Assembly (NCBI GenBank): GCA_963844965.1
Contig: CAWJQC010000007.1
Location: 96,001 to 160,000, forward strand
Length of the DNA stretch: 64,000 bases
Origin: an uncultured bacterium
GTDB taxonomy: Bacteria > Patescibacteriota > Minisyncoccia > UBA6257 > 2-01-FULL-56-20
Reading direction: 5' to 3'
Shown: positions 1-9,724 of the stretch, in pieces
Layout: the number at the start of each line of letters is the position of its first letter
Position numbering within the stretch: the stretch's first letter is position 1
Position numbers and translations under genes: made by a program
The notes under the pieces: model-generated
Told to the model about the DNA's origin: nothing
What the model saw: only the letters and a program-made list of their open reading frames with translations
The model's database searches: none

Positions 1-1539
1 TCAGCTTCTTCGCTTGGAGCGGGTTTCGGAAGCGATTCCGCGCCTTCCGACGCCACGGCAAAGACGTCTTCAGGTAAGTCGGCGAAAAATTCTTCGGCTC
101 CAGCCACGTCTCTTTGCGGTTTTGCCTCGGCTGGTAGTCCGGCTCGTAAGGTTATCTTTAATGAAATTGCTTGGATGGGTTCCGCGCCGCAAGCCGGTGA
201 AACCGCGGCTCACGCCGCGAACAGAGAGTGGATTGAACTCAAGAATATTTCCCGCGACGACATTGATCTGACCGGCTGGCAGATTTCGGACAGTTCGGGA
301 AAATTTAAAGTTATTTTCGGCGCCGGAGATAAAATCGGCACTGGCGGTTCGGTCACGTTCAACGCTGGCGGATTTTACCTGCTTGAACGCGCGAGCGATA
401 ATTCCGTGCCTGGGATCAAAGCGAACGAAATTTATTCGGGCGTTCTTACGAATTCCGGAATGAGTTTGCGCCTCTTCGGTGCGGATTGCACGCTCTCCGA
501 TGAAATTGTAAACGCTTCCTCCGGTTGGGCTGCCGGGGATAATCCAACCAAAGCGACGATGGAGCGGAATGCCCACGATTTTGGCTGGCACACGAGTGTC
601 TCTCCCGGCGGAACGCCCAAAGCGGAGAATTCTGTTCCAGCGGTTGTCGCAAGCGCAACTACAACCGCAAGTACCTCCACGATTACTGCAGCGACAACAA
701 CGGCGGTGACGGTGACGACGACAACCGTTTCGGCGGCCACAACCACTCCGATTTCCTCAATCGTGTCCTATACGGTCGGCGTTTCGTCCCAGGGCGACGG
801 CTCCGGTATGGTTATTTCCAGTCCGGTTGGAATTTATTGCGGCACGGATTGCGTGGAATCGTATATCTCGGGGACATTACTCACTCTCGCCGCCATGCCG
901 GACAGCAATTCGGAATTTGCCGGCTGGTCCGGCCCCTGCAGCGGCACTGGCGTTTGTGTGTTTGCCGTGAACGGCACGACGGCGGTTGTTGGTATGTTCA
1001 AGTCGCTCGCGCCGTCTTCGCCAACGGCCTCGCAAAGTTCAGGCGATGATCAAAGTGGGGAGAATCCTACTTCAACTCCTGCCGTACCAGCTTCTGGCGG
1101 CATCGTTGTCAGCGAAATTTTTTATGATGCCGTGGGCAGCGACGCGGGAAAAGAATTCGTTGAACTTTACAACGGGGGCACTGCCGCCGTTGACCTTCCC
1201 GGCTGGTCGCTCAAGAACGGCACGAGCTCGCTTGTTTCAATAGGTTCAAAGACCGAGGACAAGACCAGCGTGAACGGCGGCGGATATTTCCTGATCGGCT
1301 TCAGCAGCTACAACTCAACGCCGCCGGCGGACGCCGTGCGCTCGGCTTCTTTGCCGAACACGACCACCACACTTACTTTTTACAATAAGGACGGTGGCAT
1401 TGTTGATTCCGTTACTTATCCTGCTTCTTGCTCAGGCTGCCTTTTGTCGGCCGGCCAAAGCTATGAACGCGATCCTCTTTCGGGTGACCAGTTTGTCGTA
1501 GAGCCTAATCCCAATCCGCAAAATTCCGGGAATTTATGA
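1..1539 (+). CDS. Lamin-tail-domain (LTD) repeat protein, 5' end lies outside window
   Basis: Frame 1 is open from nt 1 to the stop at 1539, and the listed ATG at 175 is internal. Two LTD-like modules are present (VIFNEIAWMGS...DLTGWQISD...FYLLE and IVVSEIFYDAVGSDAGKEFVELYNGGTAAVDLPGWSL), separated by a T/A/V-rich low-complexity linker. Confidence 0.6.
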   Translation, partial: SASSLGAGFGSDSAPSDATAKTSSGKSAKNSSAPATSLCGFASAGSPARKVIFNEIAWMGSAPQAGETAAHAANREWIELKNISRDDIDLTGWQISDSSGKFKVIFGAGDKIGTGGSVTFNAGGFYLLERASDNSVPGIKANEIYSGVLTNSGMSLRLFGADCTLSDEIVNASSGWAAGDNPTKATMERNAHDFGWHTSVSPGGTPKAENSVPAVVASATTTASTSTITAATTTAVTVTTTTVSAATTTPISSIVSYTVGVSSQGDGSGMVISSPVGIYCGTDCVESYISGTLLTLAAMPDSNSEFAGWSGPCSGTGVCVFAVNGTTAVVGMFKSLAPSSPTASQSSGDDQSGENPTSTPAVPASGGIVVSEIFYDAVGSDAGKEFVELYNGGTAAVDLPGWSLKNGTSSLVSIGSKTEDKTSVNGGGYFLIGFSSYNSTPPADAVRSASLPNTTTTLTFYNKDGGIVDSVTYPASCSGCLLSAGQSYERDPLSGDQFVVEPNPNPQNSGNL

Positions 1540-1695
1540 CCTCGCGAAATCTCGCGAGAGGGAGATCAAACCAGCCGCCACTCATCCCACGCGTACTTTT
1601 GGTATGTGTGGTTAATCGACTAACAGAAAATTTTGTGATAGATTAAAAGGTGTAGTTTTCGCGGTTCACAGAGTTTTGCCATTCCTCGCGTCACC

Positions 1696-2436
1696 TTGAG
1701 CCCGCCGCCAATAATTTATAAGATGAACACGCAAAATTTGGACAAGTCCGGGATATGCTTCATCATTCTGCACGGTTTCGCTTCAGATCCCGATCCGCTC
1801 AAGCCTATAAAAAGTTATCTTGAGAAGATCGGATGCGCGGCGATAGCGACAAATTTTTGGGGCGACGGCGTCGTATCCGATTTTTCCAAGTTGAGAATTG
1901 AGCCGTGCATTGAGAATCTTGATTCTTTGGTCAAAAAAGTCAGGAGCAAATGCCGACTTGTGGTTGGTGTCGGTATAAGCCTCGGCGGTTCAATATTGAT
2001 TGAATACGCCAAAAATCATTCAGAATTGGATTATATCGTGAGCGTTGGGACGCCGTTCAGATTAAAGAACAGAAAATTAATATCTATCGGCCTTTTTTTG
2101 CTTCCCATCATCAATCCTGTGTGGAATTTAATAGATAAAATAAAAATATTGAGGTTGCCTCCAATCGGTGCCTCAAAAACAGTTGTGAATTTTTTGGAGA
2201 GGCAATGTTTGGAAAATTTGGACAAAGTAAAGACACCCCTTCTCTTCCTCCATAGCTGCAAGGATCCCATAGCCGATTACAGAGCGGTAGGCGAGTACGC
2301 GGAAAAAATTTTGAACGCGCCCAAAAAGATAATTTTATTTGAGAACGGGAGCCACGAGATAAATTACGATTCGGAAACCATATGCGAGAATATAATGAAA
2401 TTCGTCGGGCTGACGCGAAACGTCAACCGGAAATGA
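1696..2436 (+). CDS. alpha/beta hydrolase (esterase/lipase-like)
   Basis: Nucleophile elbow GISLGG, candidate acid KDPIAD and His in GSHEI. ILHGFASD matches the fold's N-terminal strand. The true start may be the ATG at 1723 (MNTQNL). Confidence 0.6.
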   Translation: MSPPPIIYKMNTQNLDKSGICFIILHGFASDPDPLKPIKSYLEKIGCAAIATNFWGDGVVSDFSKLRIEPCIENLDSLVKKVRSKCRLVVGVGISLGGSILIEYAKNHSELDYIVSVGTPFRLKNRKLISIGLFLLPIINPVWNLIDKIKILRLPPIGASKTVVNFLERQCLENLDKVKTPLLFLHSCKDPIADYRAVGEYAEKILNAPKKIILFENGSHEINYDSETICENIMKFVGLTRNVNRK

Positions 2437-2508
2437 CGCATTTCAGATTCTGGTTGCGGCTGGTCGTTTCGCATTTTTGTATCATGGGCGCGAGAGGTTA
2501 TAATAATA

Positions 2509-3234
2509 GTGATGCTTGAGATAAAAAATCTCGTAAAAAAGTTCGGTCCGGTGGGGGCGGTGAACAAAGTGACGCTTAACGTGAAAGCCGGAGAAATTTA
2601 TGCACTGATTGGGCCGAACGGTTCCGGAAAGACCACGCTTATAAAAACCGTCGCCGGACTTCTGCGGCCGACGGCGGGCGAGGTGCGCGTCGGCGGGGCG
2701 GATGTGAAAAAGGATCCCGCCGCGACAAAACAGCTGATAGGCTATGTTCCGGACGAACCGTCCGTCTGGCCGGCGATGACCGGGGAGGAGTTTTTGCATT
2801 TCACGGGCGCGCTTTTCGGAGTCGCGGAGAACGAACGCGCGAAAAAAATAAGCGGGTTGCTCAAAATTTTCGGCTTGGAAGGAATAGAAAAGGGGTATTT
2901 TGAGGATTATTCCCGCGGCAACAAGCAGAAGTTCACAATTATCGCGGCACTGCTCCATAAACCGAAACTGCTTCTGGTTGACGAACCGATCGTAGGCCTT
3001 GACCCGACATCCGCCGAGGTCGCGAAAAACGAATTCAAGAAATTCGCCGCCGGAGGCGGCGCCGTGCTTCTCGCGACTCACACGCTTCCCGTGGCGCAGG
3101 AGATCGCGGACACTATCGGCGTCTTGAGGGAAGGAAAACTTCTTGCTTCGGCGCCCTTCCCGAAACTCGTTTCGCGGGCCAGGCTCGGGCGTAGCGCCTC
3201 GCTTGAGGATGTGTACCTCGTGCTCACAAAATAA
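2509..3234 (+). CDS. ABC transporter ATP-binding protein
   Basis: Walker A GPNGSGKTT, Q-loop, signature/Walker B region (LLLVDEP), His switch. ATG at 2512. Confidence 0.85.
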   Translation: MMLEIKNLVKKFGPVGAVNKVTLNVKAGEIYALIGPNGSGKTTLIKTVAGLLRPTAGEVRVGGADVKKDPAATKQLIGYVPDEPSVWPAMTGEEFLHFTGALFGVAENERAKKISGLLKIFGLEGIEKGYFEDYSRGNKQKFTIIAALLHKPKLLLVDEPIVGLDPTSAEVAKNEFKKFAAGGGAVLLATHTLPVAQEIADTIGVLREGKLLASAPFPKLVSRARLGRSASLEDVYLVLTK

Positions 3235-4919
3235 TGTTCGCTTATTTACTTCGTTTCCGGTTTTTACAGGCCCGCCGTTATTTCAAAAACAGGCGCCTCG
3301 CCAAGGCCATAACGGCCTTGATCTTCCTCGCAGTCATATTCCTTGTGGCGGTCGGCATCTACGTTTTTTTCCGCTGGGAGTTCCGGCTCACGTCCGCGGA
3401 CCAGTATCTGAAATCCGCCCTGCCTCTCTATCTCTTTGAGTGGCTTTTCTTCGTTGTTTTCGCTCTCGTCGCGGCGAGTGCCTTCGTTACCGGCCTCTTC
3501 ACGCTTTTCCGCGGTGAGAACGACGGCTGGCTCATCGCCTCGCCGAAATTCAAAACTGTTTTCTGGAGCGCTTACGCGAGAATTTTTCTTTCCTCCGTCT
3601 GGCCGCTTTTGATCGTTGCCCTGCCTGCCTTCCTCGGTTTCCGCGCCTCATACAATATCGGACTCGCGGGAATTGCGCTCGGACTTTTGGCAATGGTGTT
3701 TTTGGTCGGATTCGCCGTTTCGCTCGCGGTTTTTATCGTGATGCTTTGCGCGTATATCTTGTCCGTTCCGTCAAAGAAAAATTTTTTGACCATTGGGCGG
3801 GTCGCGCTTCTCGTCGCGCTTATTTTCGTGGCATTCGTTTTCTTCGCCTGGCAGAGGATCGGAACGGCGGATATTTTGAAACTGTTCGCGCCGGTCAGTC
3901 CGTCGTGGAATTTCTCCCGTACAGATGTTATTCTCGGGCAGTTCAGGATTTTCCCGTCGCATCTTGTTGCGCTCACCCTTTTCGCTTTGCAAAATAATCT
4001 GGTGGGTGAGGCGTTTCTCGCGGTTATCCAGCTCGGTGTTATGTTTATTTTGGGATTTCTTCTCGTATGGATTTCGTCCCTGACATATCTGGAGTTGTGG
4101 CAAATTTTGCGCGAGGGGCATCTTCAGGCGAAAACTGCGGTGCGCGGAGTGAGAACGGGGCCGGTTCGCTTCCCGCGGTATTTGAAGAGTCCGCTCGGCG
4201 CGTTCTTTGAAAAGGAAGCGCTCGTCAACTTCCGCGAACTTCGGAACGTCCTTTGGTTCGGTTTTCTCTTTTTCCTCTGGCTCGTGCAGGTGGCGGCCGG
4301 GTTTTTCATCCGCCGCAACATGGTTCATTACGGGACAAGCCAGCTCGCGTCCGTGGCTTTGCTTGAAGCGCTGGAAATAGTCGTCGCGGTTTATTTCGCG
4401 AGCGCCTTCGTTCTGCGCTTCGCTTTTCCTTCGTTCAGCACGGAGCGCAAGACCGCCTGGATCTTCGGCAGCGCGCCTTTGAAGCTTGAAAAAGTTTTTT
4501 TGGCAAAACTTTTGTTTTACGGAGCGGTTTTCATGGCGATGGGGTTAGCCGTGGGCGCCGCGAATTCCTTCATCATCGGCGTTCCTCTCGCGGATGCGGT
4601 GCTATTCCTCTTTTTTGTCGCGCTCGCTATCGCTTTTGTCACCACATTCGGGCTTTGCATGGGAACAGTTTACCCGAATTTTGACACCGACGACCCGGAA
4701 GTTCTGAGCACGTCGCTTGCCGGCCTCGGATTCATTTTCGGCTCGCTCATATACGGCGGCGCGGGCTCGCTTGCGTTCTATGTGTTCCTCGCGGGCGGCG
4801 GCCCGCTTGGCCTCGTCGCTTTCGGAATTTTATCCGTCCTCGGCATCGCGGTGCTTTTGGATTGGGCGTTCCGCTCGCTCCGCACATTTGAATTCGTGAA
4901 AGAAATTTCGGCAGGTTGA
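3234..4919 (+). CDS. ABC-type transporter permease (multi-pass membrane protein)
   Basis: 561 aa with many hydrophobic segments. Start overlaps the stop of the upstream ABC ATPase (TAATG), implying translational coupling. Confidence 0.6.
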   Translation: MFAYLLRFRFLQARRYFKNRRLAKAITALIFLAVIFLVAVGIYVFFRWEFRLTSADQYLKSALPLYLFEWLFFVVFALVAASAFVTGLFTLFRGENDGWLIASPKFKTVFWSAYARIFLSSVWPLLIVALPAFLGFRASYNIGLAGIALGLLAMVFLVGFAVSLAVFIVMLCAYILSVPSKKNFLTIGRVALLVALIFVAFVFFAWQRIGTADILKLFAPVSPSWNFSRTDVILGQFRIFPSHLVALTLFALQNNLVGEAFLAVIQLGVMFILGFLLVWISSLTYLELWQILREGHLQAKTAVRGVRTGPVRFPRYLKSPLGAFFEKEALVNFRELRNVLWFGFLFFLWLVQVAAGFFIRRNMVHYGTSQLASVALLEALEIVVAVYFASAFVLRFAFPSFSTERKTAWIFGSAPLKLEKVFLAKLLFYGAVFMAMGLAVGAANSFIIGVPLADAVLFLFFVALAIAFVTTFGLCMGTVYPNFDTDDPEVLSTSLAGLGFIFGSLIYGGAGSLAFYVFLAGGGPLGLVAFGILSVLGIAVLLDWAFRSLRTFEFVKEISAG

Positions 4920-5001
4920 TTTTGAGCCGGAAAGGGCAATAATGCAGTGGAGATTTGCGGTTGAGGAAATTTAAAAAGTATGATAAAATAAGAACAACGG
5001 G

Positions 5002-6027
5002 ATGGATAAAAAACAGATTATACAATATATAGAAGGCGCGCGGCACTCGCGCATTATAACCTACCTTACGAGCGACAGGCAGGGGCCGTTTAACGCGCGG
5101 ATAGCGATGGACATTGTGCCGCTTGTGAGCAAACAGCTTCGGAATATAGGGAAAACGCAGAATATAGACCTTTACCTTTATAGTGTGGGCGGGGATACGA
5201 TGGCGCCGTGGCGGCTGGTGTCTATGATCCGCGAATATTGCGACAAATTTTCCGTGCTGGTGCCATATAAAGCGCACAGTGCGGCAACGATGGTTGCGCT
5301 TGGAGCGGATGAAATTGTGATGAGCGACCTTTCGGAGCTTTCGCCGATTGATCCCTCCACCGCGAACGTTTTCAATCCGATTGACCCGGCGAATCCGCAA
5401 AATCGCATTCCGATTTCGGTTGAGGATGTGATGGCATATTTTGAACTGGCAAAAAATAAATTCGGCATAAAAAGCGACGAAGATTTAGCCCGCATATTTA
5501 TGAAATTCGTTGAAGCCAATCCGCAAATTCATCCGCTCGCGCTTGGAAACGTAAACCGCATCCATAACCTTATTCGTATCCTTGCGAAGCGGTTGATCAA
5601 AAGCCACAAAACGCCGCTCAAAGAAGAAGAGGTGGAAAAAATCGTTGATTACTTCACCGAAAAATTATATTCTCACCAGTATTTCATCGGTAGAAAAGAA
5701 GCGAAAGACGATTTGGGGCTTAAAACCGTCGTTGACGCCGACGCCAATCTTTCCAAAGCGATGTCCGACCTCCTGGAGGAATACAACAAAGATTTGGATT
5801 TTGGGAAAATCTGGAATCCCGAAGGCGAATTGGGCGCGAACGCCGTGCAGACCCGAAAGGATTATAAAATTGCCTACATTGAGAGCCGCCAGCTTTCAAA
5901 TTATTATGATATCTCCGTTGAGTACAGAAAACAGCAGGTAAATATGGTCCAACAAACGCCGCAAGGACCAATTCAGGTTCCGCAGGAACAAGTCGGGTTC
6001 AAAATCATCGGGCAAGGGTGGAAATAG
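5002..6027 (+). CDS. ClpP/crotonase-fold serine protease-like protein (S49/SDH-family-like)
   Basis: Motif block YLYSVGGDTMAPWRLVSMIREY...VPYKAHSAATMVALGADEIVMSDLSELSPIDP resembles the ClpP-fold SDH/SppA proteinase family. Assigned by eye only. Confidence 0.45.
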   Translation: MDKKQIIQYIEGARHSRIITYLTSDRQGPFNARIAMDIVPLVSKQLRNIGKTQNIDLYLYSVGGDTMAPWRLVSMIREYCDKFSVLVPYKAHSAATMVALGADEIVMSDLSELSPIDPSTANVFNPIDPANPQNRIPISVEDVMAYFELAKNKFGIKSDEDLARIFMKFVEANPQIHPLALGNVNRIHNLIRILAKRLIKSHKTPLKEEEVEKIVDYFTEKLYSHQYFIGRKEAKDDLGLKTVVDADANLSKAMSDLLEEYNKDLDFGKIWNPEGELGANAVQTRKDYKIAYIESRQLSNYYDISVEYRKQQVNMVQQTPQGPIQVPQEQVGFKIIGQGWK

Positions 6028-6029
6028 CC

Positions 6030-6710
6030 ATGAATTTTTCTGATTACAAGAATTCTATTTTACTGCCCGATCAATCTGCTTGGCAACAGGCGGAGTATTG
6101 GATTACTGAATCGAATATCAATGTTTTCAGCTTTCTTTCCTCTCAAAACGTTTCCATCAAAACTACGAGTTCTTCTGCTAGAGAGCTTTCATTCCAGTCG
6201 TACGTTCAGAATTTGTTTGTCAACGACCTTTCGAATACAGCGTCAGAATTAAATAGTAAGGAATCCTTTGTTTTGTCTTCCATTAATGGCTCTTTGACTT
6301 TTGAAAAATTAAGCCCCTTGGGATTTCCGGCACAAGTTATTCCAGATAAAGAGTTGGGTTCTTTAATAAAATCAAACCAATTTCCACTTTGGGATTCCTC
6401 GCCCTTCTTTTTGAGAATGAAAAGGAATAGGCGCAGTCAAGCTGATATCGAGCATTTTTATCTTGGGAGATATTTACAGAAGAATAAGCAGCCATTTTTC
6501 GTTTTTACAAATGACGACGACCAGATCCGGCAGGCTCAGCTTGAAGGATTTAAATTTATGCGGCCGCCAGACCTTCTGGTGTGGATGGTTAAAGATACGT
6601 TTGTCACGCGACAAAAAGCCGTGTGGGCTTACGAGAAAGCAAAAAAACATAATGCGCGATGGGCGAAAGCAGGCCTAAGATTCAGAGATATTCTGAACAA
6701 GTGTAGGTAA
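6030..6710 (+). CDS. hypothetical protein, probably co-transcribed with the upstream protease-like gene
   Basis: ATG at 6030 lies 2 nt after the upstream stop. 227 aa, no recognisable motif. Confidence 0.4.
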   Translation: MNFSDYKNSILLPDQSAWQQAEYWITESNINVFSFLSSQNVSIKTTSSSARELSFQSYVQNLFVNDLSNTASELNSKESFVLSSINGSLTFEKLSPLGFPAQVIPDKELGSLIKSNQFPLWDSSPFFLRMKRNRRSQADIEHFYLGRYLQKNKQPFFVFTNDDDQIRQAQLEGFKFMRPPDLLVWMVKDTFVTRQKAVWAYEKAKKHNARWAKAGLRFRDILNKCR

Positions 6711-7756
6711 CTTAGCGCAATGCCCTCTCTTAACTGGATTGGGAAAGAAAAAATCGTAAATCACGACAAAGTTAAATGACCGAGTTGAAAAATCGGACTT
6801 TATATTTCGGCGACAATCTGGAAATCCTACGCGAGAAAATTCCCGACGAGAGTTTTGATTTGATTTACCTTGACCCGCCGTTCAATTCCAACCGTGCCTA
6901 CAATGTAATTTATAAGGAAGGGTTGCAGGACAGCCCGGCACAAATTAAGGCCTTTGAGGATTCTTGGCATTGGACGCCGGAGGCGCAGGCAACTTTTGAG
7001 GAACTTGTCGGCATGCGGCAATCAAGGACGAAAATCAACGCTGACATTGTCAATTTGATGCAGGCGATGGAAAAACTCGTGGGACACAATGATATGCTTG
7101 CGTACCTTACAATGATGACAGTTCGGCTCATTGAACTGCGGCGCGTTTTGAAGTCAACCGGCAGTATTTATCTGCATTGCGACCCGACCGCAAGCCATTA
7201 TTTGAAAATCGTGATGGACACGATTTTCGGAAAACAGAATTTCCAAAACGAAATTATTTGGTGTTATGAAATCGGAGCTAGAAGTAAAACACACTGGGGG
7301 AGTAAACACGATGTAATTCTCTTTTATACAAAATCAGGAAACTTTATCTTTAACACAAGGGCCGTTGCTGTGCCACGGAAAGAAGGGACACACATGAAAA
7401 CCGCAGTAGACGAAGAAGGAAGAGAATATCAAGAAAAGAAGGATGCAAAAAGTGGTAAGGTCTATAGATATTATCTTGATGAAGGCGCCATCCCTCCCGA
7501 TTGGTGGGTGGGAATTCAGCAATTAAATCGTGAAGCACAAGAAAGATTGCATTATCCCACCCAAAAACCCGAAGCGCTTCTGGAAAGAATTATTAAGGCA
7601 TCGTCTAACGGACCTCCGCCAAGTCCTTCGCTGATTGCGACAGAGACAGAGGAGGTGGAGGAGAATAGAGGCGATTGGGTTCTTGACCCGTTTTGCGGTT
7701 GCGGCACGACGGTTGCCGTCGCCGAGCGGCTGAAAAGAAACTGGGTCGGCATTGAC

Positions 7757-8326
7757 CCGCTCCGCCGCAAGCCCCGGCCTTTAGGCCGAGGATAAGGCGA
7801 CCCCGTAGCCCCGAGCGAAGCGAGGGGCGGAGGGCTTATTTGCCTGTTCCCACTGGTTTCTGCCGGTGCGATAATGAAGATAATGCCCTCTGGATTCTGG
7901 CCAAGCAACCACAGCTATACGCGATGTTTGTACCACGTTGTTTTCTGCCCAAAGTACCGCCGCTCGATACTGCGAGGGGACATGGTCGGGCGACTCAAGA
8001 CATTGTTCTTTCAAGCCGCCAAGATGAATAAATGGTTCATCCATGAAGCGCAGATAATGCCCGACCATGTCCATCTATTGCTTCAAATTCCTGCTACCCT
8101 GACGGTTGCCAAAGCGGTGTTTTATCTCAAAGGCGGTACGTCCAGGGCTGTCAGAAAAGAATTTCCCGAGCTGGAAGAATTCCTCTGGGGAGACAGCTTG
8201 TGGCAGGATGGTTACTTTGCCGAAACCGTTGGCCGTCAAAACGAAAAAGCGATGAGAGAATATATCAGAAACCAGTGGGAACAGGAGCCGAACACAAGCC
8301 GCGGGCTTTAGCCCGCGGTGATTGAC
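7757..8326 (+). mobile_element. minimal IS200/IS605-family insertion sequence (tnpA only)
   Basis: 570 bp carrying a Y1-transposase gene. Subterminal hairpins with TTTA loops at both ends (cggccTTTAggccg at about 7774-7790 and ccgcgggcTTTAgcccgcgg at about 8297-8318). ATTGAC is present at both junctions. Removing the element restores the MTase-Mrr reading frame. Confidence 0.75.
7874..8311 (+). CDS. tnpA: IS200/IS605-family transposase TnpA (HUH Y1 transposase)
   Basis: 145 aa. HUH motif HVHLLL, catalytic Tyr in DGYFAETVG, N-terminal YHVVFCPKYRR block typical of IS200 TnpA. Confidence 0.85.
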   Translation: MKIMPSGFWPSNHSYTRCLYHVVFCPKYRRSILRGDMVGRLKTLFFQAAKMNKWFIHEAQIMPDHVHLLLQIPATLTVAKAVFYLKGGTSRAVRKEFPELEEFLWGDSLWQDGYFAETVGRQNEKAMREYIRNQWEQEPNTSRGL

Positions 8327-8941
8327 ATTACGATGCTTGCCATCAATTTAATAAAACACCGGCTGATAGACGGCTTGGGAGTGGGACGGAACGAAATATG
8401 CACCGACGGTATTCCAAAGGACTTGAGCGGAGCGGAGGAACTGGCCAAAAAGGACAGATTTGCCTTTGAGTATTGGGTTTTGGATTTGGTGAACGCCGTT
8501 CCGGCGCAAAGCAAGACGAAAGAAAATATGCGCGGCGCGGACAAGGGGATTGACGGCATAATTACCATCGTAAAGTCGGTCAAGGACAATAAAAAAGAGC
8601 TTGGGAAAATTTTGGTTCAGGTGAAAAGCGGCGGCGTCCATCGCGACGACGTAGCCACGCTTAAGAGCGACGTTGAACGGGAAAAGGCCGTCGGCGGCGT
8701 TTTCATCACGCTGGAAAAGCCGACTCAGCCGATGAGAACGGAGGCGGTTGAGGCGGGAACGTTCAGGGTTGACTACTCCCAGGAAAATTTGCCGAAAATT
8801 CAGATTATAACGGTTGAGGACTTGTTGAGCGGCAAGAAACTGGACCTGCCTCCGGCCGTGGCGCTTCAGGAAACCTACTATAAGGAAGCAAAACCTGCGA
8901 AACCCGAAAACAGGGCAAAAAAATTGGGAATATAGAATTTT

Positions 8942-9595
8942 ATGAATTTGGATGAATTTAAACTGCAGAATTTGGGCATTGACAAAGAAAAATTCGGAAA
9001 AATTCTCAGCTTTGTAGACTTCGGCAACGTTAATTATTGGTATGAGAAAGACCGGCGCGACTGGGAGGACAACACCATTAAGCCGAATCAAAGATTAATA
9101 ATTGATATCGCAAAACTCGCTCAATTTTTGAATCTTTTCTCTGATCAAAAGCGCTTTTACTACGGATGGCACAAGCGCATGAAGAGATCTTGGCATATTT
9201 TGGTATTGGCGGAGAGAAATGGATTTGTTAAAATTACCAAACCAATACAATTCATAAAGCATTATCTTGAAGAGTTAGAGTTGGCGAGCGCAAACGGGAG
9301 GCTTGTTAAAGAAGACTTGATGGGCAGGTATATTGAAATTCCAAAAAGCAATTTTGATGTAGAGATAAGCGTTGATTCAATTCGTTTGCTGGACAAATAC
9401 AATACATTTTGCTTGCTTTCCGGCGATAGCGATTTTACTTATTTAAACCGATTTTTAAAAAGAAGGGGGAAGAAAATTATTGTTATTGCTGCAGGTCAAA
9501 TACTTCATTCCCTAAAAGAAACCGCGGACTTATATATAAACGCGCAGACAATTAAGGGAAGCATTGCCGCCGTAAAAGAAACCTCGCCCGGTTAA
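8942..9595 (+). CDS. NYN/LabA-like domain protein (putative ribonuclease)
   Basis: LLSGDSDFTYL plus KKIIVIAAG block characteristic of the NYN/PIN-like fold. Starts 6 nt after the Mrr-fragment stop. Confidence 0.6.
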   Translation: MNLDEFKLQNLGIDKEKFGKILSFVDFGNVNYWYEKDRRDWEDNTIKPNQRLIIDIAKLAQFLNLFSDQKRFYYGWHKRMKRSWHILVLAERNGFVKITKPIQFIKHYLEELELASANGRLVKEDLMGRYIEIPKSNFDVEISVDSIRLLDKYNTFCLLSGDSDFTYLNRFLKRRGKKIIVIAAGQILHSLKETADLYINAQTIKGSIAAVKETSPG

Positions 9596-9724
9596 GGGCG
9601 AGGTTTGGATATCGGATCCGTCTCCGACGGACAGGGTAGCTTGAGGCTACAAAGTAAGCATAGCATGGGCAATTATTAAAAGTCAATGAACTGTGGATAA
9701 TTAAAGGAGTAATCAAAATACAAC

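Larger units (their letters stand above)
6776..8935 (+). pseudogene. beta-class (N6A/N4C) DNA methyltransferase fused to a C-terminal Mrr-like restriction endonuclease domain, interrupted by an IS200-type insertion
   Basis: Motif IV LIYLDPPFNSN, then HYPTQKP, then motif I VLDPFCGCGTTVAVAERLKRNWVGID up to 7756. Downstream ORF 8318-8935 starts IDITMLAINLIKHRL and carries Mrr_cat-like motifs (FEYWVLDLV, GADKGIDGII, ILVQVKSGG). Joining 7756 to 8327 gives a continuous reading frame: NWVGID|ITMLAINL (motif II GIDI). Confidence 0.7.

Noticed and set aside
70-746. Antisense ORFs inside the LTD gene (70-591, 432-746, 446-658) and similar ones inside the PLC gene (23210-23585, 24313-24827, 25361-26125)
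   Set aside because: They lie on the opposite strand of long motif-bearing ORFs, in GC- or repeat-rich codon contexts that suppress stops. No motifs or RBS.
6776-8935. Treating the MTase (6776-7795) and the Mrr-like ORF (8318-8935) as two independent intact genes
   Set aside because: The MTase tail after 7756 (PLRRKPRPLGRG) is IS-encoded hairpin sequence, and the downstream ORF lacks its own plausible N-terminus. Excising 7757-8326 fuses them in frame.
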